Below, in pieces: positions 22,072-32,032 of a stretch of 50,132 nucleotides of DNA. Numbering within the stretch: position 1 is the stretch's first letter; each line of letters starts with the position of its first letter. The stretch is taken from the IMG/VR virus record IMGVR_UViG_3300025897_000002; one strand, 5' to 3'. The position numbers and the translations under genes were made by a program. The DNA comes from a virus. A model generated the notes under the pieces. That model searched no databases. It worked only from the letters and a program-made list of their open reading frames with translations, and was not told the DNA's origin.

Positions 22072-22943
22072 TGGCTCTTTCAGGCTCAAAGGACTACACG
22101 CCATCAGTCTCTGATTTTGTCGAGGAGGCTTATGAGCGGTGTGGATTAGAAATCCGGGCTGGTTGGGACTCTCAATCCGCCCGGAACTCTATCAACTATA
22201 TGTTGGCCGATTGGGCAAATCGAGGCATTAACAACTGGACTGTGGATCAGGTGAGCCAAACAATGGCTATTGGCATCTCAGAAATTCCTGCTGGGACCAT
22301 TACGATCACCGTTGTTGCTAGTGGCTCCTTTGCCGTTGCTGAAACCATTACGGGTGGGACAAGCGGCGCTACCGCTAGCGTCCTCACAAAGCCCTCCTCA
22401 ACGACTATGGAGCTAACCGTACCCACAGGCACCTTTGCTGTGTCGGAAACGATCACAGGGGGCACAAGCGGGGCTACAACGACTGTTTCAGCAGCCCCCA
22501 GTCTAGTTGATACCCAAAATACGATTGATATTATTTCTGCTGTTATTCGCAGGAGTAGTAACGACATCACGATTGAGCGAATTGGGCGTTCTGAGTACCT
22601 TCAGATACCGAGCAAGACCACCACGGGCCGCCCAACTCAGTTCTTCCTCGACAAGCAGATTACCCCTGTTATTAAGCTCTGGCAGACGCCTGAGAACAGC
22701 ACGGATATCTTAATTTACGACAGGCTTGTCCGAATGGACGATGCCGATGCGGCTCAAAACGATATGGGAGTGCCGTTTAGATTTTTTCCTGCATTTGCAG
22801 CAGGATTAGCGTACTATACGTCAATCAAGCGGGCTCCTGAGCGTATGACGGTTCTGAAGGCGCTGTACGAGGAGGAGCTTGTAAGGGCGATGGCAATGGA
22901 TAGCGGTCGTCCGTCAATGTTCATCAACGCTGGGCGTAGTTAA
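22071..22943 (+). CDS. virion structural protein (adaptor/tail-associated) with internal FAV.ETITGGTSGAT tandem domain
   Basis: TAATG overlap; SFAVAETITGGTSGATA and TFAVSETITGGTSGATT about 37 aa apart. Confidence 0.75.
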   Translation: MALSGSKDYTPSVSDFVEEAYERCGLEIRAGWDSQSARNSINYMLADWANRGINNWTVDQVSQTMAIGISEIPAGTITITVVASGSFAVAETITGGTSGATASVLTKPSSTTMELTVPTGTFAVSETITGGTSGATTTVSAAPSLVDTQNTIDIISAVIRRSSNDITIERIGRSEYLQIPSKTTTGRPTQFFLDKQITPVIKLWQTPENSTDILIYDRLVRMDDADAAQNDMGVPFRFFPAFAAGLAYYTSIKRAPERMTVLKALYEEELVRAMAMDSGRPSMFINAGRS

Positions 22944-22950
22944 TAAAAAA

Positions 22951-23652
22951 ATGGATGATTCTCTAAAGGGGAAGACCGTCGCTATTGTTGCGATGGGAGC
23001 GAGCAATTCTGACTTTATTAAACAGTGTGCTTTTAAGGGCTCACAAACACAGGTAGCAGACGAAGTCTGGGCTATCAACAGCATGGCCGGTGTTATTCAG
23101 CACGACCGTGTCTTTATGATGGACCCTGTAGCAAGGTTTTTTGACACGGATCTTGCTGGGCCGATGACCCCTGGCATGAGGGATTGGCTTCCTCGGCACC
23201 CTGGCCCTATCTATACGGTAGCCTTGGATGAGCGGGCTCCGGGCCTTGTTCCCTATCCCATTGTTGAAGTTGTTGCGAAGATAGGTGTCCCATACTTCAA
23301 CAATACTGCTGCTTATGCCATTGGCTATGCAATTGCTAGCGAAGTTAAGAAAATTGAGCTTTATGGCATTGACTTCTCGTACCCAGACGACCGGCATGGG
23401 GCTGAGGCCGGAAGGGCTTGCTGCGAGTTCCTCTGTGGGATGGCAGTAAGGTCGTTTGGCATTGAAGTTCAAGTGTCTCCATCCAGCACTTTTTTGGACG
23501 TTAGCTCGTCTGAAGAAGACAAACTTTACGGGTACAGAGACCTGCCCTTATATAATTACGGAAACAAGATCAAGATGGACTATAATGGCGAGACAAAGGT
23601 CTGGTCTGTAGTTGAAGTGGAGCCGCCAAAAGATGGCGTATGCGAAGGGTAA
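22951..23652 (+). CDS. Rossmann-like protein, tentatively MptE/DUF115-like (glycosyltransferase-type) inside the structural operon
   Basis: KTVAIVAMGAS...EVWAINS...DRVFMMD...NTAAYAIGYAIASEVKKIELYGIDFSY resembles the DUF115 layout; weak call. Confidence 0.45.
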   Translation: MDDSLKGKTVAIVAMGASNSDFIKQCAFKGSQTQVADEVWAINSMAGVIQHDRVFMMDPVARFFDTDLAGPMTPGMRDWLPRHPGPIYTVALDERAPGLVPYPIVEVVAKIGVPYFNNTAAYAIGYAIASEVKKIELYGIDFSYPDDRHGAEAGRACCEFLCGMAVRSFGIEVQVSPSSTFLDVSSSEEDKLYGYRDLPLYNYGNKIKMDYNGETKVWSVVEVEPPKDGVCEG

Positions 23653-24133
23653 ATACTCGTATGTAACGAGTGATCGTAGCGGGTTTCGCTACCACAAGAG
23701 GGACGTTCGTAAGGAATGGAACGGCCTTGTGGTGGGCCGGGATGAGTACGAATCTAAGCACCCACAACTCACTCCCCCCAAGTTTTTTGCCGACCCGGAG
23801 GCTATCAGAAACGCAAGAAACGATAGAACTGAACCAGCCGTTGAGGTCTTACTTAATGATGACCCCTTTCTTAGCCTAACATCAGGTTCCGGCTCAATTA
23901 CAGCGACAGAGATAGCTCACGGGCGTAGCACCGGAGACACTGTCGTTTTCAGGAATTGTGAGCCTTTTGATGGCTTTTCATCTGCTGTTTTGCAGAATAG
24001 CTCAGGATATTCTATTACAGTTGTGACCGATGACACCTACAGCTTTACCGCTTCGGGCGGAACGGCGACGGTTGGATCTAAAAATGGCGGCGGGTCGATA
24101 GCCTCTGCTGGCCCGGTTACTGTGGAGGCGTAA
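23633..24133 (+). CDS. virion-module protein (166 aa)
   Basis: MAYAKGKYSYVTSDRSGFRY...EWNGLVVG..EYE.KHPQ, a conserved N-terminal pattern seen in podophage structural clusters; start at ATG 23633. Confidence 0.65.
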   Translation: MAYAKGKYSYVTSDRSGFRYHKRDVRKEWNGLVVGRDEYESKHPQLTPPKFFADPEAIRNARNDRTEPAVEVLLNDDPFLSLTSGSGSITATEIAHGRSTGDTVVFRNCEPFDGFSSAVLQNSSGYSITVVTDDTYSFTASGGTATVGSKNGGGSIASAGPVTVEA

Positions 24134-24808
24134 ATGTCTTGGACGCTAGCAACGCTAAAAACGGCAGTTCAGAATTATACTGAAAACGACGAAACAACCT
24201 TCGTTAGCAGCCTAAACACCTTTATTCTTATGGCTGAGGAGAGGCTTCTCAAAGAGGTTCAGTTTGACGTTTTTCGCAAGAACGTGTCCGGCAAGGTAAG
24301 CATCAACAACAAGTTTTTGACGAAACCTACAGACTTCATGGCGGTTTTTTCTTTAGCCTTGAAAAATGGGTCAGATACGATAGCAGGAACAGACATCACT
24401 GGTTACGTTCCTCTCTTGCAAAAGCACCCAACCTATATTGCTGACTACAACCCGACTGATAGCGATACAGGGGTGCCGAAATACTACGCATCTTTTGATG
24501 ACGGAACATTTGTTCTTGGGCCTACGCCAAACGACAATTATGCCTCGGAGATGCACTATTTTTATCGGCCAAACAGTCTAACGGTTGGCGGCGACAGCGG
24601 GACGACATGGTTGAGCATAAACGCCCCACTTGCACTACTTTACAGCACTCTTGTTGAGGCTTACACCTTTATGAAGGGAGAGCCTCAGCTTATTCAGCTT
24701 TACAACGAACGCTACATTGAGGCTCTGGGTAGGCTTAAAAACATGGCAGAAGGGCTTGATAGGCAAGATCAGTATAGGTACGGCTCGTTAAGACAGGCTG
24801 TTAGTTAA
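24134..24808 (+). CDS. virion structural protein (possible neck/adaptor)
   Basis: TAAATG junction; structural operon context. Confidence 0.7.
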   Translation: MSWTLATLKTAVQNYTENDETTFVSSLNTFILMAEERLLKEVQFDVFRKNVSGKVSINNKFLTKPTDFMAVFSLALKNGSDTIAGTDITGYVPLLQKHPTYIADYNPTDSDTGVPKYYASFDDGTFVLGPTPNDNYASEMHYFYRPNSLTVGGDSGTTWLSINAPLALLYSTLVEAYTFMKGEPQLIQLYNERYIEALGRLKNMAEGLDRQDQYRYGSLRQAVS

Positions 24809-25086
24809 TGTTTGTCGCTGAAGTTGGCAATGTGACCGTTGCTACGACCAACCATAGGTCTCACTCTTCTGAAGAGTTAGCTAGAATGGCTGTTCGTAAG
24901 ATCATTTATGTCGGAGACGACTTGCCGAATGAAATCAGTTCTCAGGCAGAAATCTACAAAAATAAGCTATTCCAAGTTATTCTGGGTTATATTACTCTAT
25001 CTAGAAGGTCTGAAAGGGAAGACATCGTTAGAGCCCTTGAAAGGGCTGGTATGTCTGAGGCCGTAATGCTGATTAGGAGCTTATAA
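24808..25086 (+). CDS. hypothetical structural-module protein (92 aa)
   Basis: TAATG overlaps on both sides. Confidence 0.65.
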   Translation: MFVAEVGNVTVATTNHRSHSSEELARMAVRKIIYVGDDLPNEISSQAEIYKNKLFQVILGYITLSRRSEREDIVRALERAGMSEAVMLIRSL

Positions 25087-25523
25087 TGGCTATTGCAACC
25101 GCGATGTGTACCTCTTTTAAGAAGGAACTTCTTGAGGGCGTTCATAATTTTACGACCGGGGGCAACGCTTTTAAGCTGGCTCTTTACACCACAGCGGCTA
25201 CCCTGGGCGCGACTACTACCGCTTATGCGACTGGTCTTGCGGGACAGGTTACCAGCACAAACTACACTGCTGGAGGAGCGGCCTTAGTCAAAACAACGGG
25301 CTTTCCAAAGTCCACGGGTACAACCGCAATTACTGACTTTATTAACCTTACGTTCAGTAATGTCACTATCGCAGCGCGTGGCTGCTTAATTTACAACGAC
25401 ACAAACGCCGACAAAGCCGTTGCTACCATTGACTTTGGCGGCGTGAAATCTTCAACATCTGGCGACTTTACCGTTCAGTTTCCAACTGCAAATGCTACCG
25501 GCGCGATTATTAGAATCGCTTAA
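25086..25523 (+). CDS. conserved phage structural protein (145 aa)
   Basis: MAIATAMCTSFKKELLEGVHNF...FKLALYT...YTAGG pattern recurrent near fibre genes. Confidence 0.7.
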   Translation: MAIATAMCTSFKKELLEGVHNFTTGGNAFKLALYTTAATLGATTTAYATGLAGQVTSTNYTAGGAALVKTTGFPKSTGTTAITDFINLTFSNVTIAARGCLIYNDTNADKAVATIDFGGVKSSTSGDFTVQFPTANATGAIIRIA

Positions 25524-25534
25524 TGGGTTAATCC

Positions 25535-26302
25535 ATGGCGAGCGTAACAGGTTGGGGTAGGTCTACCTGGGGTTCGGGCGCTTGGGGCGAGTCCGCACCT
25601 GTTGAACTGACCGGGGTTTCAGCGACTGGCGCAATAGGCGCAGTCTCTACAGCCGGAAGTGTTGTTCAGGCTGTTTCTGGCGTTTCCGCTACAGGCTCTA
25701 TTGGCTCTGTTGTTGCAAGTATTGACAAGTCCGCTGTTGCAACGGGCGTATCTGCGACTGGATCTGTCGCATCTGTCTCTATTTCGTTGCCAAAGATAGT
25801 AAGCCTGTCTGGTGTTGGAGCCTCTGGATCTGTCTCTTCGGTTTCTGTGGCCGTAGACATTGACGCAGCGGCGACCGGGGTTGGTGCGACATCGGGTGTT
25901 GGCTCTGTAGCTACGGGAGCTTTCGCTGACGCAACAGCCTCTTCTGTATCGGCTACAGCAACCGTTTCTCAACTACAGCTTGTCTCCGGGGGTGCCAGCG
26001 CCTCAGCAACCGGAGTCCAAGGCACCTCTGGAGTTGGCGCGGCCCAGTCAGCCGTATTTAAGCAAGTTTCAGTTTCTGGCGTGGCAGCAACGTCAGGCCT
26101 GGGAGCGGTAACCGTAAAATTTAGTTCTTTAATAACACTAGAATCTGTCGCTGGAATTGCATCCGTAGGCAGTGTTAATATATGGGGGCTTGTAGACGAC
26201 GCCCAAACGCCTGGGTGGCAGTCCATTACCGATTCTCAGACGCCTGGGTGGCAGTCTGTGGTAGATTCCCAAAGTCCCGGTTGGACAGCTATTGCTGCAT
26301 AG
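25535..26302 (+). CDS. tail fibre-like repeat protein
   Basis: Eight or more GVSATGSIGSV-type repeats; C-terminal QTPGWQS x3 encoded by a 27-bp tandem repeat (about 26209-26290). Confidence 0.75.
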   Translation: MASVTGWGRSTWGSGAWGESAPVELTGVSATGAIGAVSTAGSVVQAVSGVSATGSIGSVVASIDKSAVATGVSATGSVASVSISLPKIVSLSGVGASGSVSSVSVAVDIDAAATGVGATSGVGSVATGAFADATASSVSATATVSQLQLVSGGASASATGVQGTSGVGAAQSAVFKQVSVSGVAATSGLGAVTVKFSSLITLESVAGIASVGSVNIWGLVDDAQTPGWQSITDSQTPGWQSVVDSQSPGWTAIAA

Positions 26303-26313
26303 AGAGAGAAACA

Positions 26314-28134
26314 ATGCCTAGTACATATGTAAACAATCTTCGCCTTGAAGAAATAGCCACTGGGGAGCAATCAGGAACCTGGGGGAACACTACTAACACG
26401 AACCTTGAGTTGGTTGGTCAGGCATTGGGCTACGGGACGAGAGCCATCGCCAATGCCTCAACTGACAACATAACAATCGCAGATGGTGCCTCTGATGCAG
26501 ACCGCAGCATGTACCTAAAGCTGACCGGTGGTGGTCAGGCTTGCACAGTCACTTTGCTTCCTAATACCAGTTCTAAAATGTGGATCATGGAGAATGCGAC
26601 GAGCTTCACCCTGACATTTTCACAAGGGTCAGGTGCCAATGTAGCAGTCAAGGCTGGTCAAACAAAAATGATTTTTGCTGATGGTCTTGGCTCTGGGGCT
26701 GTTGTTTACGAGCTCGGCACTGTTGCCGTGCAGAACATTCAAGCGGACGGCACAGTGACGGTAGGGATCGATGATACGGGGTATGACGTAACCTTCTTCG
26801 GCGCGACCACTGGCAAAAAGCTGTTCTGGGATGAATCCGAGGACACACTAAATGTGGCGGGGACGACAGCCCTGGCTGGCAATCTGTCTGTCACTGGCGT
26901 CACATCAAATGCAGATGGCGCTGTCGCGACACCCTCTATCACGAACACAGGTGACCTAAACACCGGTATCTACTTCCCTGCCGCCGACACAGTTGGCGTC
27001 GTCACAGGAGGCGTTGAGCAGTTCAGGTTCGGCAGCAACCCCATCCCAGGCAAGAACCTCATCCAAAACGGCGCGATGACGGTAGCACAGCGGGGGTCTA
27101 CGGCAGCAGTTGCATCCGGGTACGGTGCCGTAGACCGTTGGGGAATGAACTCACTGAGTGGCGCGCCTGCGCGCTACACGCTTTCACAGGAAAGCAGCGG
27201 AGGGGTTGGCGGCAACGCCAAGTGGGCGAAAATCCTTGTCACCACGGCTGATGGTTCCCCCGCGGGTGCTGACGCGCATTACTTTGGTCAGAAAATAGAG
27301 GGCTTCGACGCCCAGGCACTTCTCGATGACAGCGGCGATCTACTCGCATCAACAATGTCCTTTGACATTATTGTTCACGCCGACGGGGCAAGCAGTCTTT
27401 CCTTCCCGATTACTTGTGCAATCTGCGTCAATGATAACGGTTTTGCAAATCAGCAATATGTCAAGACATTCACCGTCGCGGCGGCAGACACTTGGGAGCG
27501 AGTGAGCGTTGCCATCGCCGCCAACGCCGCAGCGGTTATCGACAATGACAACTCGAACGAGTTTCAAGTTTCCCTGACCATTTACGCCGGGTCAGCAAAA
27601 GAAACCACTGACGCAACCTGGGAAAGTGCCTCTGGGCTTGATGTCAGCGTCAGTGGCGTTGATAACCTTGCTGACGCTACCAACAACTATGTTGGCATCA
27701 CCAATGTTCAACTCGAAGTCGGCAGCGTTGCCACGGACTTTGAGCATGAGGACTACGACACGACCTATCAGAAGTGTCGCAGATATCTACGGGCTTATCT
27801 CCAAAATGCCAACAACCGAAAGAACTTCGTCCAGGGGCATGTCTACAACACAACACGATGTTGGTTTGTCTACATTCCTGATACGCCCATGCGGGGGACA
27901 ATCGCGGTTTCTTACGTTGGTACAGCGGGTGATATTGTAATCGCTTATGGTACCGGCAGCACCCAGGCGACAACCGGAACACCATCTGTCCAGAGCGCAT
28001 CGACCGAAGGCGAGAGTGTCGAGTTTCTTTTGGACGCGGCTTCGGGCACACCTTTTACCGTAGGGCAGGCGGTTGAGGCTTATGTGATCAACGGTTCAAA
28101 CGCAACTGCGTTTCTCTTTTCGTCGGAGTTATAA
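26314..28134 (+). CDS. tail fibre protein
   Basis: N-terminus MPSTYVNNLRLEEIATGEQSGTWGNTTNTNLELVGQALGYG is a typical podophage fibre anchor; start moved to ATG 26314 (the track ORF starts at 26182 inside the previous gene). Confidence 0.8.
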   Translation: MPSTYVNNLRLEEIATGEQSGTWGNTTNTNLELVGQALGYGTRAIANASTDNITIADGASDADRSMYLKLTGGGQACTVTLLPNTSSKMWIMENATSFTLTFSQGSGANVAVKAGQTKMIFADGLGSGAVVYELGTVAVQNIQADGTVTVGIDDTGYDVTFFGATTGKKLFWDESEDTLNVAGTTALAGNLSVTGVTSNADGAVATPSITNTGDLNTGIYFPAADTVGVVTGGVEQFRFGSNPIPGKNLIQNGAMTVAQRGSTAAVASGYGAVDRWGMNSLSGAPARYTLSQESSGGVGGNAKWAKILVTTADGSPAGADAHYFGQKIEGFDAQALLDDSGDLLASTMSFDIIVHADGASSLSFPITCAICVNDNGFANQQYVKTFTVAAADTWERVSVAIAANAAAVIDNDNSNEFQVSLTIYAGSAKETTDATWESASGLDVSVSGVDNLADATNNYVGITNVQLEVGSVATDFEHEDYDTTYQKCRRYLRAYLQNANNRKNFVQGHVYNTTRCWFVYIPDTPMRGTIAVSYVGTAGDIVIAYGTGSTQATTGTPSVQSASTEGESVEFLLDAASGTPFTVGQAVEAYVINGSNATAFLFSSEL

Positions 28135-28135
28135 A

Positions 28136-28459
28136 ATGGCAGTTCAAAATCTACGCTTTACGTCGCCTGACAAACAACACGTCGCCTTTGAACTTCCCAA
28201 CGGAGGCGGTAGCATGAGCGTCGATAAGTTTCAAGAACTGTTTCCCGACGTTGCCTTGCCGTCATCCTACGTTGCTCCAGCAGCAACTTGGGACAGTGTT
28301 CGAGCAGAACGAAACCAGCTTCTTAAAGACACCGACTGGCAAGGCATGAGCGACGTAACAATGTCTGACGCTGAGAAAGTTTATCGCCAAGCCCTCCGTG
28401 ATCTTCCCGCTCAAGACGTTGATGGCCCTGGCGATGTCGTCTGGCCCAGTGCGCCGTAA
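28136..28459 (+). CDS. tail fibre assembly chaperone-like protein
   Basis: RNQLLKDTDWQGMSDVTMSDAEKVYRQALRDLP...VVWPSAP matches the tail assembly chaperone pattern (tDW ... W..YRq.LRD ... WP). Confidence 0.7.
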   Translation: MAVQNLRFTSPDKQHVAFELPNGGGSMSVDKFQELFPDVALPSSYVAPAATWDSVRAERNQLLKDTDWQGMSDVTMSDAEKVYRQALRDLPAQDVDGPGDVVWPSAP

Positions 28460-28556
28460 AATGGAATCCTTCCGCAACACGTTTGACGTTGCCAGCGTGG
28501 CTGTCGTGATCGGCACACTCGCGGATTGCTCCCGGTAGTTTGGTGGGCGCATAGCT

Positions 28557-30431
28557 ATGCCTCTTTTTTCATTAAAATTTCGCCCTGGTATAAATAAAGA
28601 CCAGACCGACTACACCAACGAAGGCGGTTGGTCTGACTCGGACAAAATCCGGTTTAACAACGGACTTCCGGAAGTTATCGGGGGTTGGGAGAAAAAAGGC
28701 CCCAATACATTTTTAGGCTCGTGCCGGTCTCTTCACCCGTGGGTTGCCCTAGACGGCAGTAAGTACATTTCCGTAGGGACCAACATTAAATACTACATTG
28801 ATGAAGGTGATGGGTTTTACGACATTACTCCAATAAGGAGTACAACGTCTGCCGGGGACGTAACCTTTTCTGCGACAAGCGGACAGTCAACGGTAACCGT
28901 TACTGACGCAAACCACGGGGCGGGTGTGGGGGACTTCGTTACATTTAGCGGTGCGGCAACCCTTGGCGGCACTATAACGGCTGCGCGGCTCAACCAAGAG
29001 TACAACGTAATTTCCGTTGTTAACGTCAACTCATACACTATTTCAGTCCGTGAAGTATCGACAATAGCATCCATTACGGTTAACGGAGCGCTAGATCCAA
29101 CGCTTGTCGCTGCAAACGCATCTGACACCGGAAACGGAGGCGGATCAACGGTTGGCACTTACCAAATTAACATCGGCCTTGATACTACTGTTTCGGGCAC
29201 TGGTTGGGGCGCTGGGGCTTGGAGTAGAGGGGCCTGGGGTTCCGCAGCCTCCAGTTTGGCAGTTGGTGACATTCTTCGTCTTTGGTCGGAAGACACTTGG
29301 GGCGAAGACCTTGTCTTTAATGTTAGGGACGGTCCAATTTACTACTGGGACACAAGTGCTGGAGTGGGTACTCGCGGAGTATTGTTAAGCTCTCTGGGAG
29401 GGGCAAGCAATGTTCCGACTGTTAGTGGAAAGATAATTGTAGGCAATCAACAGCGGCAGATTATTAGCTTCGGCTGTAACGAGATTGGCTCAAGCGAACA
29501 AGATCCTATGCTTGTGCGGTACACCGATTTTGAGTCAGCAGTTGACTGGACTCCAACGCTGGAAAATAGCGCCGGAAGGCAGCTTCTTTCAAATGGCTCA
29601 TCGATAATTACTGCATTTGAAACCCAAAAAGAAATACTGCTTTGGACGGACAGTTGCGTTTACTCAATGCAGTTTGTTGGAGGTGACCTCGTTTACAGGT
29701 TTGAGGTTGCAAGTATCGGGCCTAGCATAATTGGCCCCAACGCTGCTGTGTCTGCTGACAACGCTGTGTTTTGGATGGATACCGAGGAGTTCTACGCATA
29801 CACAGGTAGAGTTCAAGCCATCCCGTGTACTGTTAGAGATTATGTTTTTCAGGACATAAACCTAAATCAGTCTGAAAAAATTGTTGCTGGGTTTAATAAG
29901 AACCACAACGAGATCACTTGGTTTTACCCGAGTGCGGCCAGTGACAACATTGACAAGTATGTGACTTACGATTTTAGTCAAAAAATTTGGACAATCGGCA
30001 CGTTTAATAGAACTGCTTGGGTTGAAAGTGGTCTTTACGCTTACCCAATAGCAGCAGGGGCCGATAACCGTCTTTACTATCACGAGCTTGGCTTTTCAGA
30101 TGACGGCTCTGCAATCGCGGCTCACGTTGAAAGCAGCGACATTGATACGACTGACGGTCAGCAGTTTGTCTTCTTCAAGAGGCTCATTCCCGACATTACG
30201 TTCATAGGTACAGCTAGCGTTCCAACAGCAACCTACACGATCAAGGGAAGGAACGCTCCCGGCGACACTCTGTCAACGAAGGCAACTGCAAGCGTTGGGG
30301 CAACCAGTGGTCAACAAAACATTCGCGGCAGGGCAAGGCAAGTTGCTTTGAGGGTCGAGTCAAACACGACTGATGTTGCTTGGCGACTAGGAACCAACAG
30401 GTTGGACATCCAGCAGGATGGTCAGCGATGA
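28557..30431 (+). CDS. tail (hub/tubular-type) structural protein, 624 aa
   Basis: Conserved N-terminus PGINKDQTDYTNEGGWSDSDKIRFNNGLPEVIGGWEK typical of podophage tail proteins. Confidence 0.75.
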   Translation: MPLFSLKFRPGINKDQTDYTNEGGWSDSDKIRFNNGLPEVIGGWEKKGPNTFLGSCRSLHPWVALDGSKYISVGTNIKYYIDEGDGFYDITPIRSTTSAGDVTFSATSGQSTVTVTDANHGAGVGDFVTFSGAATLGGTITAARLNQEYNVISVVNVNSYTISVREVSTIASITVNGALDPTLVAANASDTGNGGGSTVGTYQINIGLDTTVSGTGWGAGAWSRGAWGSAASSLAVGDILRLWSEDTWGEDLVFNVRDGPIYYWDTSAGVGTRGVLLSSLGGASNVPTVSGKIIVGNQQRQIISFGCNEIGSSEQDPMLVRYTDFESAVDWTPTLENSAGRQLLSNGSSIITAFETQKEILLWTDSCVYSMQFVGGDLVYRFEVASIGPSIIGPNAAVSADNAVFWMDTEEFYAYTGRVQAIPCTVRDYVFQDINLNQSEKIVAGFNKNHNEITWFYPSAASDNIDKYVTYDFSQKIWTIGTFNRTAWVESGLYAYPIAAGADNRLYYHELGFSDDGSAIAAHVESSDIDTTDGQQFVFFKRLIPDITFIGTASVPTATYTIKGRNAPGDTLSTKATASVGATSGQQNIRGRARQVALRVESNTTDVAWRLGTNRLDIQQDGQR

Positions 30432-30601
30432 GTAAATTAGAGCAAGTGCTGACTAAGTCACGGCTCCCGGCTGCTCCGGATGTTTACGACGTTAATACTT
30501 TTTCGGCTTTAATAAACTCCCTAGAGTTAATTCTTGGAAGTATTAAGACACCCCAGGAAATAAGGAACCAGTCTGAAGCTCAGTCTTGGTTTTTAGGGTA
30601 G
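30428..30601 (+). CDS. small structural-module protein (57 aa)
   Basis: ATGA overlap with the upstream stop; the track ORF starts at 30380. Confidence 0.6.
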   Translation: MSKLEQVLTKSRLPAAPDVYDVNTFSALINSLELILGSIKTPQEIRNQSEAQSWFLG

Positions 30602-30605
30602 AGCT

Positions 30606-30878
30606 ATGATTACACTTAGAGGTGAGCGGTTTTCTGGCTACAACAAGCCAAAGAGGACTCCGGGCCATCCCAAGAAGTCTCATGCCGTTCTCGCAAAAAA
30701 GGGCGACAAGGTTAAGCTGATTAGATTTGGGCAGCAGGGTGTTTCTGGCTCTCCCAAAAAGAAAGGTGAATCTCCTTCTTATAGAAAGAGGCGCGAATCA
30801 TTTAAGGCGCGTCATCGTAAGAACATCAATAAAGGAAAGATGTTTGCGGCTTATTGGGCGGACACAGTGAAATGGTGA
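30606..30878 (+). CDS. basic small protein (90 aa), conserved viral family of unknown function
   Basis: GYNKPKRTPGHPKKSH.V.AKKGDKVKLIRFGQQG...SFKARHRKNI...YWADTVKW pattern. Confidence 0.8.
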   Translation: MITLRGERFSGYNKPKRTPGHPKKSHAVLAKKGDKVKLIRFGQQGVSGSPKKKGESPSYRKRRESFKARHRKNINKGKMFAAYWADTVKW

Positions 30879-30882
30879 TGTC

Positions 30883-31671
30883 ATGTCCAGACAATTAAGC
30901 AGCATAAGTCGATTTGGAACTACCGAAGAGTTCTATCTTCAGGTTGCCCGATCCCAGATTGCAGGCCATGAGACTAACTTCAAGTTTGGTTTCAACCCTG
31001 ATGTTGACGACGCGCTGGAAACCATATGGACGCAGGGGGGCCTATACAGCTACTTGTCTGCCGCCACTATTCTGAAAGTATCAAGCTCAAGTACGGATGA
31101 TACGGCTGCTGGAACCGGGGCAAGAACCGTTGAGATTTTCGGCCTTGATGGCAATTACAATGAAATCTCTGAAACTGTTACGTTGAACGGACAGACGGCG
31201 GTCAATACCACAAATTCCTATCTTAGGATTAACCGTGGCGTAGTTAGGTCTGCTGGCTCTGGAGGTCAGAATGCTGGCGTAATCTACGCCGGTACAGGAA
31301 CGGTTACGGCGGGTGTGCCCGCTAATAAATACCTGTCTATTGCTATTGGTGACAATCAGACCCTTATGGCATTGTGGACAGTACCCGCTGGTTATACGGC
31401 TTTCCTTCTTCAGACAGATGTTACTGTTGCCACGACTCAGAACAACAAGTATTGCACGGCCAAGCTGGTTGCTTGCCCATATGGAGAAGTCTTTCAGGTA
31501 AAGGATGCTTTTGTAAAATCTGAAAGCAGCATGCATCAGGCCTATACAGTTCCACTTGTTTTTGAGGAAAAAACAGACCTCGAATGGCGGGCTATCGGAG
31601 ACTCTGCTGGCGCTGATATCGCAATATCCGCCGGAATGGACATCATCTACATCAAGAACACGAGTCTGTAA
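30883..31671 (+). CDS. virion structural protein (262 aa)
   Basis: Operon context; TAATG overlap downstream. Confidence 0.7.
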   Translation: MSRQLSSISRFGTTEEFYLQVARSQIAGHETNFKFGFNPDVDDALETIWTQGGLYSYLSAATILKVSSSSTDDTAAGTGARTVEIFGLDGNYNEISETVTLNGQTAVNTTNSYLRINRGVVRSAGSGGQNAGVIYAGTGTVTAGVPANKYLSIAIGDNQTLMALWTVPAGYTAFLLQTDVTVATTQNNKYCTAKLVACPYGEVFQVKDAFVKSESSMHQAYTVPLVFEEKTDLEWRAIGDSAGADIAISAGMDIIYIKNTSL

Positions 31672-32030
31672 TGGCTAACACTTACAGAAATGCGTTTGCG
31701 AATTTGACGGCTACGGGTGCTACGGCAGTCTATACGTCACCCTCAGTCACGACAGCAATCGTGAAGTCCCTGAGGATTGCAAACGTCACGACCGGAACTG
31801 CCGGTAATGTTACAGTAGAAGTAACAGATAATAGTGCTTCTACCACATATACTTTTTCAAGGAACGTAAGTATTGCAGCAGGCGTTTCACAAGAAATGCT
31901 CGGCCAAGACACTTCGACTACTGCTGATGGGCAATCGATTATTGTGCTTGAAGAATCGGATGCTTTGAAAGTTACTCCTTCTGCTGCAAATGTTTTTCAT
32001 GTTACTATGGCCGCGCTTGAGGTTACTTAA
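31671..32030 (+). CDS. virion structural protein (119 aa)
   Basis: TAATG overlap; T/A/V-rich beta-like composition. Confidence 0.65.
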   Translation: MANTYRNAFANLTATGATAVYTSPSVTTAIVKSLRIANVTTGTAGNVTVEVTDNSASTTYTFSRNVSIAAGVSQEMLGQDTSTTADGQSIIVLEESDALKVTPSAANVFHVTMAALEVT

Positions 32031-32032
32031 CC

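Noticed and set aside
25535-28134. Diversity-generating retroelement targeting the fibre C-terminus
   Set aside because: There is no reverse transcriptase ORF and no template-repeat copy of the fibre 3' end anywhere in the window.
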